A stretch of 64,000 nt of DNA from Nitrospirota bacterium (GTDB lineage: Bacteria > JACPQY01), in the NCBI GenBank assembly GCA_016180645.1, contig JACPAV010000024.1, forward strand, positions 1 to 64,000, given 5' to 3'. Positions 39,170 to 47,462 of the stretch are shown here, piece after piece. Position 1 is the stretch's first letter, and every line of letters starts with the position of its first letter. Position numbers and translations under genes: made by a program. The notes beneath the pieces were generated by a model, which made no database searches, was not told the DNA's origin, and was given only the letters and a program-made list of their open reading frames with translations.

Positions 39170-42041
39170 GACCCATGACTCTTCGATAGTCGATCCGCGT
39201 GTCGCGATCGCTTTGTCCCGGTTGGAGAATGGCGGGGACGGGTCGGATGTGGCCATAGTCCCCGACCAATTCGATCGGATTGATCGGGCTGGGCAGCACG
39301 TTTCGGTAACCCATCCCGCCCTCGAACTGATAATTTTCCCAAGCGTGGTAGATCATGGCCTGCCCCGGCCGGACGGCGGGCGACGTTTTGGCCATGATCA
39401 CGAACGATCCGATATCATTGCGCACGGTGACGCGGTCGCCATCGCGAACTCCCCGGCGCCGAGCATCGGCCCCGTTTACGTACATGACGGGAAGCCCGCG
39501 TTGGAGCCGGAGCATGGACGCATCCGAGCGCCAGGTAGAGTGGATGCTCCAGCGGGTGTGCCCGCCGGTCAACGTTACCGGGTAGTCACCCGCGGCTTTC
39601 GGTGGGTCCTTGTGCACCGGCAATTCCTCGCCGAGTTCCAGGTAGAGGTCGTGGTCGATGTAGAACTGGACGCGGCCCGTGAGCGTGGGCCACGGCATTT
39701 TCTTCTCGGTAAACCACGTATGCGGGCTGATTGTTTCCCCCGGCTTGATATCACACGCGTTCCCCCAGTTTCCGGGGTTGCGCCCCAGCCCGGTGAAGCG
39801 CGCGTAGCCTTTCTCCTTCAGTTCCTTCCAACGCGTCTTGCCAAGGTTGGTCGAGGCGTTCACCACGTTCTCGGAAATCTTGTCCCCGCGGTCGGGTGGA
39901 AGATCGCCGCCGTCCGTCATCTCCCTAAACACCCGGTCGAGGCGGCGTTCGCGTCCCATTCGATCGACGTAGGGCTTCAGGCGCCGCTCGCGCGCGACCC
40001 TCTGGAGGTGTTTCGCCAGAGCACAGAAGATTTCCCATTCATCCTTGGCTTCGAAATACGACGTTGCCTTCTGTGTGATGTGGTCGAATGGAGCCAGAGA
40101 GTTGGTGTTCCCGCCGATGAGGGTCGTCTTTTCGTAGGCGGAGGCGACGGGGAGGACGAAATCGGAATACAAGGCCGTCGAACTCATCCGGAGCTCCGTG
40201 GATACGATGAGGTCGAGCTTCGGGAAGAAGTGCTCCAGAAGCTTGTGGGCGCTACGCACGCGCCGCAGCGGATTGCCCATGAGACTCCAGTAGACGTTGG
40301 GACGCTTCGGCGGTCGTGGATCGACCACCTGCCAATTCTTCTTCCAAGCCTCGCGGATGTATTCGTCCACGTCTTTCTTGAGATGCGGATCCCACTCGCG
40401 CGAGCGGCCGCTCACTTCCGCGAGCCCGCCGTGGACGTACCAGAAAAGCGTCGAGTTGGTCAGAAAGCGATCGTGGATATACGTTTCGCGCATCAGCTCG
40501 AGCACCGCGTCTCTCCAACCCCGGCCCTGCCGGATCATTTTATAGATGGCGGGGGAGTTTCGGAGCAGAATACGGGCGAGCCGTCCGGGTCGGGCCGAGA
40601 GGTACTGCGTGAATCCATCCGGCAGGAGGAAGGAGGCCGACACATAGCCGGCGCCCTTCCGGCCGAGATGCCCGCACAAAACGTAGATGAGAATCTGCGC
40701 CCGCATCATGAGATCGCCGTGGTAGAACTTCGAGATATTGCTGGTGCAGACGTTGGTGGCCGCCTTGGCATCCGCCATCATGTGGGCGAGCTTGCGAATC
40801 AGGTCCGGGGGGGTGCCGCAGATCCTGGATGCAGGCTCCGGATCGTAGGAACGGAGCATGTCCTTCAGAAGCTCGAAGGCCGGGCGGACCTTCACGCGGC
40901 CATGGAGAGTTTCGACTTCGAATTCCCCTTCAAGCGCGGGGAGGATCTTGCCGAGTTTCAGCGTATCCGTCCGCGCGGGGACCACGCTGCGACCGGTCAG
41001 GTCGAACAGGTGGAAGAGGGCGTCATCACCCCCACTCTTCATGTCCGATTCGCGCAGGAATTTGCGGTTGTCCATGCGCACGAGGAAGGGGAGATCGGTT
41101 TGCTCACGGATCAGATCGGCGTTGTATCGCTTCTCGGAAACAACCACGTGCGCCATGGAAAGGGCGAGAGCGGCATCGGTGCCGGGTTTCACGGGGACCC
41201 AGAGGTCCGTGTGGACGCTGGAGGGACTGAAGTCCGGGCAGACCGAGACGATTTTCGTGCCGTTGTAGCGGGCTTCGAGCAGGAAGTGCATGTTGGGGAT
41301 CTGGGTGTAGACGGGATTCCCGCCCCACACGAGGATGAGGTCCGAATTGAACCAGTCGTCCGCCGACCGGTCGCATCCGGGGTGCCCATACGTAACGGCG
41401 GCGCCCTGCTGCTCGTCACCGATCTCGCAATTGATGTCCATGAACACGGTACCCATGTGGTCGGAGAGGAGCCAGGCGCTTGCAAAGGAGATCACGGAAA
41501 CGGGATTGCCGCCGGGATCCCAGACGACGGAATCCGGGCCGTCCTTCTGGATCGAGTCGACGATCCGCTCCGCGATTTCACCGAGCGCTTCATCCCATGA
41601 AACCCTCTGCCATTTGCCGTTCCCCCTGGGCCCCACGCGTTTCAAGGGATATTTGAGGCGGCTCGGGTTGATCATCATGGCCGCGTAGCAGGCGCCCTTG
41701 TTGCAGCCACGGGGATTGAAATCCGGAACCTGATCGTTCGTTTGCGGATAGTCGGCTACCTGTTCTTCGCGAAGGACCACGCCGTCTTTGACATACAGGT
41801 GGAAGAGGCAATTCTGTTGGTACCAGCAGTTGAGGTTGTGAGTGCTTTTGACGACGGAATCCCACGTCCAACTCTGACGGTAGAGGTCTTGGTAGCCGGA
41901 ATAGGATCGTGGCTCGTGGTTCGTCGCTCGTGGCTCGTGAGGAGTGGGCTTCGAACATGAGGGGAGGAAATGGGGGAGGCTGAGGGCGAGAGACCCGGTT
42001 CCGGTGATCTCGAGAAATTGCCTGCGGGAAACGAGTCCCAT
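39159..42041 (-). CDS. Type II DMSOR-family Mo enzyme alpha subunit 4 (EbdA/S25dA-like)
   Basis: SRRQFL Tat; THNLNCWYQQNC...PRGCNKG; EIGD Mo-Asp; HTRWSIHS. Confidence 0.93.
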   Translation of the reverse strand: MGLVSRRQFLEITGTGSLALSLPHFLPSCSKPTPHEPRATNHEPRSYSGYQDLYRQSWTWDSVVKSTHNLNCWYQQNCLFHLYVKDGVVLREEQVADYPQTNDQVPDFNPRGCNKGACYAAMMINPSRLKYPLKRVGPRGNGKWQRVSWDEALGEIAERIVDSIQKDGPDSVVWDPGGNPVSVISFASAWLLSDHMGTVFMDINCEIGDEQQGAAVTYGHPGCDRSADDWFNSDLILVWGGNPVYTQIPNMHFLLEARYNGTKIVSVCPDFSPSSVHTDLWVPVKPGTDAALALSMAHVVVSEKRYNADLIREQTDLPFLVRMDNRKFLRESDMKSGGDDALFHLFDLTGRSVVPARTDTLKLGKILPALEGEFEVETLHGRVKVRPAFELLKDMLRSYDPEPASRICGTPPDLIRKLAHMMADAKAATNVCTSNISKFYHGDLMMRAQILIYVLCGHLGRKGAGYVSASFLLPDGFTQYLSARPGRLARILLRNSPAIYKMIRQGRGWRDAVLELMRETYIHDRFLTNSTLFWYVHGGLAEVSGRSREWDPHLKKDVDEYIREAWKKNWQVVDPRPPKRPNVYWSLMGNPLRRVRSAHKLLEHFFPKLDLIVSTELRMSSTALYSDFVLPVASAYEKTTLIGGNTNSLAPFDHITQKATSYFEAKDEWEIFCALAKHLQRVARERRLKPYVDRMGRERRLDRVFREMTDGGDLPPDRGDKISENVVNASTNLGKTRWKELKEKGYARFTGLGRNPGNWGNACDIKPGETISPHTWFTEKKMPWPTLTGRVQFYIDHDLYLELGEELPVHKDPPKAAGDYPVTLTGGHTRWSIHSTWRSDASMLRLQRGLPVMYVNGADARRRGVRDGDRVTVRNDIGSFVIMAKTSPAVRPGQAMIYHAWENYQFEGGMGYRNVLPSPINPIELVGDYGHIRPVPAILQPGQSDRDTRIDYRRVMGHGP
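41907..41940. repeat. Heptamer tandem repeat (TCGTGGC)x~5
   Basis: Directly visible; same unit at 44817-44851. Confidence 0.85.
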
Positions 42042-42042
42042 G

Positions 42043-44949
42043 CTAGACCTTCCGGATTTCCACGCGCGTGTCGCGATCGAACTGGCCGGGGGAGAGCATG
42101 GCGGACATGGGGCGCAGTTGAAGTTGCCCCCCCGCGAGTTCGACGGGATTGATGGGCGAGGGAATCAGATTTTGGAAACCGTCGCCGTTCTTGAATTGGA
42201 AGTTCTCCCAGGCGTGATAGATGATGATCTGTCCTGGTCGCAGGCTGGGTGAGACTTTCGCGTGAATCCGAAATCGGTTGAGGTCGTTGCGGACTTCGAT
42301 TTCGTCCCCGTCGCGGATTCCGCGGTGGTGCGCATCCGTCGAGCTGAGGTAGGCGACGGGCACTCCCCGCTGGAGCCTGAGCATGTACGCATTGTCCCGC
42401 CACGCCGCGTGGATGCTCCATCGCGTGTGGCCCCCACCGAGCATGAGCGGGTACGTTCCCCCCGCGGTCGGGGGATCCTTCTGGACGGGCAGTTCTTCGC
42501 CCAGTTCCAGGTACAGGGGATGATCTTGATAGAACTGAATTCGCCTTGTAGCGGTGGAGTAGGGGATCTTCTTCTCCGTATGATGCGTGAAGGGCGTGAT
42601 CGTTTCATTCGGTTTGATATCGCAGGCGTTGCCATTGGAGAGAATCCCGTTCCCGGGGGAGGTAAATCGGGCGAACCCTTTCTTCTTGAGTTCTTCCCAT
42701 TCGATTCCGCCGAGATTGGTGCTTTTCTTGATGAGGAGGCCGGCCAGGGCGTCGTCGCCCCCTTCGTCGAACCGGCCGCCGGCCGAGACTTCATCATAGG
42801 CGGTTTCGAAGTGGCGCGTTTTTCCCCACCGGTCCTTGAATGTCTCGAGACCTCGCTCGCGTGCGCGGTCCCGGATCTTCTTCGCGATGAGCAGGCAGAT
42901 CTCCCAGTCTGAACGGGCCTCGAAGAACTGCGTCATCTTGGAACCGACGTGGATGAAAGGCGTGAGCGGAGTAACCCATTTGTGTTCCGTCTTCTCGTAC
43001 CAGCCGGCTGCGGGCAGGACGATGTCCGCCCATTGGGTGGTGGAGGTCATTCTCCAATCAATCGCGACGAACTTGTGGAGCTTCGGCAAGAGCGTCTTGT
43101 TGAGAAACGTGTAGGCTCGGAGGCGCCGCCAGATGTTGCCGCCGTAGGTGAAGAGGACGCGGGGCTTTTTGTTGACCGGCGGCCAGATGGACTGCCATTT
43201 TTCCTTGAACGATTCGTGGAGGAAGTCGCCGAGGTCGCGCTTCATGGCCGGGTCCCACTCGCGGGATCGTCCGCTGGCTTCGATCACACCCCCGTGTATC
43301 GCCCAGAAAAGGGTGCCGGAAGTCAGGAGCCCTTTTTCGTGCAGACCTTCGCGGGCAAGCTCGTACACGACCATTTCCTTCGTGTAGTCCTCGGTGAACC
43401 GCTTCTTGATGGCGGAAGGCAGGATCGCTCCGTTGAGGGCAAGGATCTGCTTGGCGCCTTCAAGGGAGTAGGGAGTCATGAGGAACTTCTCGATGCCGTC
43501 CTGGTAGATGAACGGAAAGGCCGAGTATCCGCCGCCCTTCCTGCCGATGTGTCCGCAAAGGGAGAGAAGGAGGATGATCGAACGTTCGACGAGGTTGCCG
43601 TGATAATATTTTCCGAAATTGCTGCTCGTGACGTTGCAGACCGCTTCGGCCCTGGCGATGTCTCGCGCGAGCGCGGTGATCCGGGTGGCGGGGATGCCGG
43701 TCGTTTTCTCGACGGACTCGGCTCCGTATCCGCGGAGTGTCTCCTTTAGAAGATCGAAGACCGGGCGCACGCGGACAGCGCCAGCCGGGGTCTGAACCAC
43801 GTGCGAACCGGAAAGGGAGGGGACGACCTTGCCCCACTTGAGCCGGCGTCTCGGGGCTTTTCGCAGGGACTGGGAGGTCTCGTCCCAGACGTAAAACTTC
43901 TCCGCTCCGACGCGTTCCTTCTCTGAGGCGGCCGATCGATCGGTTTCAGGCTTGAAGTCGCTATCGCGAAGGAACCGGCGGGTGTCCTCTCTCACCAAGA
44001 GGGGGAGGTCCGTTTGCTCGCGGATGAAATCGGCGTTCTGCAAGTTCTCATCGATGATGGTTTTGCACAGGCCCAGCGCCAGGGCGGCATCCGTGCCCGG
44101 CCGGATCGAGAGCCATTGGTCAGTGTGGATGGACGACGCATTCAGGTCGGGGGCGATGGAAACGATTCGCGTTCCCTTGTACCGGGCCTCGTTTAGAAAG
44201 TGGACGTTCGGAATTTGCGTGTAGACGGGATTGCATCCCCAGATGAGGATGATGTCGGAATTGAACCAGTCGTCCGCCGATCGTTCGCAGATGACGTTGC
44301 CGAACGTGACGGCCGCCCCGTGGTGGGCGTCCCCGATCTCGGGGTTCATATCGAGGGTGACTTGGTCCAGGTGGACGGCCAGTTTCATCTGGCCCGCGGT
44401 GAAGGTGCCCATCGTGATCAGGGGGCCGATTTCCCAGACGATCGTGTCGGAGCCGTCCTGGAGCGTTGTGTCGATGACCGCATCGGCGATTTCGGTCAGC
44501 GCCTCGTCCCATGAAATTCTTTTCCATCGGCCGCTGCCGCGTTCGCCGATCCGTTTCAGCGGGTACTTGACCCGAGTGGGCTCGTACATGCGCTGGCTGT
44601 AGCAGACCCCCTTTTGACAGCCACGCGGGTTGAAGTCGGGGACGCCCGCATGGGTCTGCGGATACTCCCCGGCCTGTTCTTCGCGGAGCACGATCCCGTC
44701 CTTCACGTAGACGTCATAGGCGCAATGGGCCTGGTACCAGCAGTTGACGAAGTGAGTGGAGCGAACGGTCTTGTCCCAGGTCCATTTGGAGCGGTAGAGA
44801 TCTTGGAAGCTGTGGTACGTGGCTCGTGGCTCGTGGCCCGTGGCTCGCGGTTTACCGGAATCAGGCGAGACACAAGAGGGGGTGAGATGGAGGAGGGTAA
44901 GGCTGAGTGCGCCTGTCCCCGTCAGCTCGAGAAATTCTCTACGTTCCAT
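42043..44949 (-). CDS. Type II DMSOR-family Mo enzyme alpha subunit 3
   Basis: ERREFL Tat; THFVNCWYQAHC...PRGCQKG; EIGD; HTRWSIHA. Confidence 0.93.
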   Translation of the reverse strand: MERREFLELTGTGALSLTLLHLTPSCVSPDSGKPRATGHEPRATYHSFQDLYRSKWTWDKTVRSTHFVNCWYQAHCAYDVYVKDGIVLREEQAGEYPQTHAGVPDFNPRGCQKGVCYSQRMYEPTRVKYPLKRIGERGSGRWKRISWDEALTEIADAVIDTTLQDGSDTIVWEIGPLITMGTFTAGQMKLAVHLDQVTLDMNPEIGDAHHGAAVTFGNVICERSADDWFNSDIILIWGCNPVYTQIPNVHFLNEARYKGTRIVSIAPDLNASSIHTDQWLSIRPGTDAALALGLCKTIIDENLQNADFIREQTDLPLLVREDTRRFLRDSDFKPETDRSAASEKERVGAEKFYVWDETSQSLRKAPRRRLKWGKVVPSLSGSHVVQTPAGAVRVRPVFDLLKETLRGYGAESVEKTTGIPATRITALARDIARAEAVCNVTSSNFGKYYHGNLVERSIILLLSLCGHIGRKGGGYSAFPFIYQDGIEKFLMTPYSLEGAKQILALNGAILPSAIKKRFTEDYTKEMVVYELAREGLHEKGLLTSGTLFWAIHGGVIEASGRSREWDPAMKRDLGDFLHESFKEKWQSIWPPVNKKPRVLFTYGGNIWRRLRAYTFLNKTLLPKLHKFVAIDWRMTSTTQWADIVLPAAGWYEKTEHKWVTPLTPFIHVGSKMTQFFEARSDWEICLLIAKKIRDRARERGLETFKDRWGKTRHFETAYDEVSAGGRFDEGGDDALAGLLIKKSTNLGGIEWEELKKKGFARFTSPGNGILSNGNACDIKPNETITPFTHHTEKKIPYSTATRRIQFYQDHPLYLELGEELPVQKDPPTAGGTYPLMLGGGHTRWSIHAAWRDNAYMLRLQRGVPVAYLSSTDAHHRGIRDGDEIEVRNDLNRFRIHAKVSPSLRPGQIIIYHAWENFQFKNGDGFQNLIPSPINPVELAGGQLQLRPMSAMLSPGQFDRDTRVEIRKV

Positions 44950-46000
44950 AGTGCAGTTCGAAAACCCCGCGGCCGGCGCCGTCCTTTCCCTCAAAGCGAG
45001 AGGCGTGGTCGTTCAGGCCGGTGACCGACTGCCGGAGTTGGGGGTCCAGACGAGAATTCCACGATTCGCCCTCGACGACCGAAGGGCCGCGATCCGTTCC
45101 GTGGTAGACGCCGTTCAGCCCATCGTACAGGCCTCCTCGGAGATACACAGTAGAAAAGGGAGTTACAGTTATTTCCTCGATATGACTTGAAGTGTGAATT
45201 CTCAGGTGTGCCTTCTGAAAACGAGCGGACTCCGGATCAAGGATCACGTCGTGCTCGACGTCGATAATGGGAGTCACGCGGCCGTCCTTCTCCGTGATGA
45301 ATCCCGTGAAATGGCGGTTTCCACCTCCGGGATCGTGAGTGCCGAAATACCAGAATTGTCGGTTCGGCGTACTGAATAACACCCAGTAGAGCAGAAAGCC
45401 CCAGTGAAGTTTCTGGAAAGCACCGAGCCATTCGAGTTCCCCGCCGCCTCCGATTCCCGGGCGAACTCCCCAAGACCGATCCCGACCGGCCCACCAGGAG
45501 TCTGGACGGACATCGATCTTCCGGGAGCCGAGGCGAATGACGCCCCGCGGACGGCCGGTTTGAGCGAAGGTACACCATCGGATGGGAAGGCTATTGACCG
45601 TTTCCGGCTCTCCATGAGGCAAGGTGTGTGGGGCCGGTTGCAGGTCGGAGTCGAATTCGATCTCGTAAGAGAAATCCGCTGCGCCGGAATTCGATGCGAA
45701 GAGCCATTTCCGCCCGCCGCTCTTGATCTCGGCCCGAACGGGTCCCACTCGGAGATCGGAACCGGAGCATCCGGGGCGGACGGCTGCCCGCAGGTTGTAC
45801 TGGATATTCGAATCGACGAGCAGGGCGAAGGCATCCATGGTGCCCAAGTTCGGGTAGACGCCGATCCCCTGCCCAAGGGCGTATCGGCCGTCGTGCGAAT
45901 GCACGTTGAGCCAGTAGCGCTCGAACCATCGAAGATCCGCGGCGCTGACGTTGGGCCACCGATCCGAGGGGAAGTGTCGAAACTCATCGTCCAAGAACAC
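44939..46000 (-). CDS. Hypothetical beta-rich protein (tocopherol-cyclase/AttH-like?)
   Basis: ERYWLN...GVYPNLG..DAF...RDRSWGVRP; TAGTG-coupled start. Confidence 0.65.
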   Translation of the reverse strand: MFLDDEFRHFPSDRWPNVSAADLRWFERYWLNVHSHDGRYALGQGIGVYPNLGTMDAFALLVDSNIQYNLRAAVRPGCSGSDLRVGPVRAEIKSGGRKWLFASNSGAADFSYEIEFDSDLQPAPHTLPHGEPETVNSLPIRWCTFAQTGRPRGVIRLGSRKIDVRPDSWWAGRDRSWGVRPGIGGGGELEWLGAFQKLHWGFLLYWVLFSTPNRQFWYFGTHDPGGGNRHFTGFITEKDGRVTPIIDVEHDVILDPESARFQKAHLRIHTSSHIEEITVTPFSTVYLRGGLYDGLNGVYHGTDRGPSVVEGESWNSRLDPQLRQSVTGLNDHASRFEGKDGAGRGVFELHYGT

Positions 46001-46425
46001 TAGTCCCAAAGGACCTCTCCGACTTTGATCCACTCTTTTTCACGTTCGACGAGTTGGGCGAGGGATTTCTCCGCCTCGGAGCGAAGGGCGGCCGGCAGGG
46101 CCTGAAGAAGTGTGGCGATTCGTTCTTTGACCTTGGAGTTGATCTCCCACATGGCCGAAAGGTCGACACCCAGGGCGGACGGCTGCGGGGGGTTGTTGGA
46201 GATCTTGGAAAGCAGTGCGGTGAGTTCCCGGTTCTCCTCCGCGAGGAACAAATGGGCCTTGTCCCATCGCTGTGCCGCGTGTTCGAGGAGCACCATGAGG
46301 CTGAGGAGGTTTTCCATGACGGCGGGCTGTTCGGGATGGTTCGGGTGTTCGGCGACGAACGGGAACACGACTTCCTGAATGATGCGCTTTGTACCGTTGA
46401 TGATGTCGCCGATTGTGGGGCGCAT
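46000..46425 (-). CDS. Hypothetical helical protein adjacent to the APH kinase
   Basis: Fills the gap exactly between its neighbours. Confidence 0.7.
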   Translation of the reverse strand: MRPTIGDIINGTKRIIQEVVFPFVAEHPNHPEQPAVMENLLSLMVLLEHAAQRWDKAHLFLAEENRELTALLSKISNNPPQPSALGVDLSAMWEINSKVKERIATLLQALPAALRSEAEKSLAQLVEREKEWIKVGEVLWD

Positions 46426-46427
46426 GG

Positions 46428-47462
46428 TCAGTTGGAAATGAGGCTTAGGGTGTCCTCGACAATGCGGGGAATGAGAAATCCCAGGATGCCGAGCTGCGCG
46501 GAGGGTCGCGTACCCTCGCAGAAGACGCGGACTCCGGAAAGAAAGATGGCGGTCGTCTTGACGTTCGCGAGGACGCGATAGAATCGGAACTTGCCAGGAT
46601 CGACTTCCCGGCCGGAACGCCGGGCGTATTCCCGGCAGAACTCGTCAACGGGCAGGAGGCCCGATGCCCAGCCGTCGCGGTTCGCCCAGAACTTCAGGCA
46701 GGCCCAGGCCACGTCTTCGACAGGATCGCCGAGATGCGTGAGCTCCCAATCCAGCACGGCATGAAGAGTGCCGGCGTCGTCATAGAGGTAATTCCCCGAG
46801 CGATAATCTCCGTGGACGATGGTGACTTCTCCTTTTTTGGGAAGGTGTTCGTTCAGCCAGCGGAGGGCGAGATCGACGGGGGGGAGCGGTTCCGTCCGGT
46901 CTTTCAAATAGACCTTCGTCCAGAGATCCACCTGCTGTTGGGCTGCCGCGCGCCCATTTTCCGGGACTTTGAAGACCGTGCCGAGGCCGCAGTTCCTCCA
47001 ATCCACCGCGTGGATGTTGCATAGGAGTTGAATGAACTGATCCGCCAGTTTCGTTTTCAACTCCGCCGGCTCGTAGCTCGGAAGCGTGCTGGTTGGAGAG
47101 GCGTGGCCTTCCATGCGATGCATGATGATCGATGGGCGTTCAAGCCGGGAGCCGTCCGCATCGAGCCAGTAGACGCGGGGTGCGCGCACGGGGAAGCGTT
47201 CCAGTGTTTTCAGGAGCGCGAACTCGACGGTGCGGTCGGTGGTGACGCCCGCTTCAAGGAGCGATTTCGGCGGATCGCGGCGGAGGATGCAGGCGCGCCG
47301 CTCGCCGATCGCCCCGTTGGCCGGGACCAGGTCGAATACCCAATTCTCGCGCGAGGCGCCGGCGGATCCCGTCCCAAGGCGGCGCAGACCTTCGACCCTG
47401 GGGGCTTGTCCGGGTGGGGAACTCTCGGTGATGAACCTGGAGATCCGCTCCTGGAGATCCAT
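46428..47462 (-). CDS. APH-family phosphotransferase (ACAD10/11-like)
   Basis: GASRE, LRRDP, VHGDYRSGN, LDWEL..LGDP.ED. Confidence 0.92.
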   Translation of the reverse strand: MDLQERISRFITESSPPGQAPRVEGLRRLGTGSAGASRENWVFDLVPANGAIGERRACILRRDPPKSLLEAGVTTDRTVEFALLKTLERFPVRAPRVYWLDADGSRLERPSIIMHRMEGHASPTSTLPSYEPAELKTKLADQFIQLLCNIHAVDWRNCGLGTVFKVPENGRAAAQQQVDLWTKVYLKDRTEPLPPVDLALRWLNEHLPKKGEVTIVHGDYRSGNYLYDDAGTLHAVLDWELTHLGDPVEDVAWACLKFWANRDGWASGLLPVDEFCREYARRSGREVDPGKFRFYRVLANVKTTAIFLSGVRVFCEGTRPSAQLGILGFLIPRIVEDTLSLISN

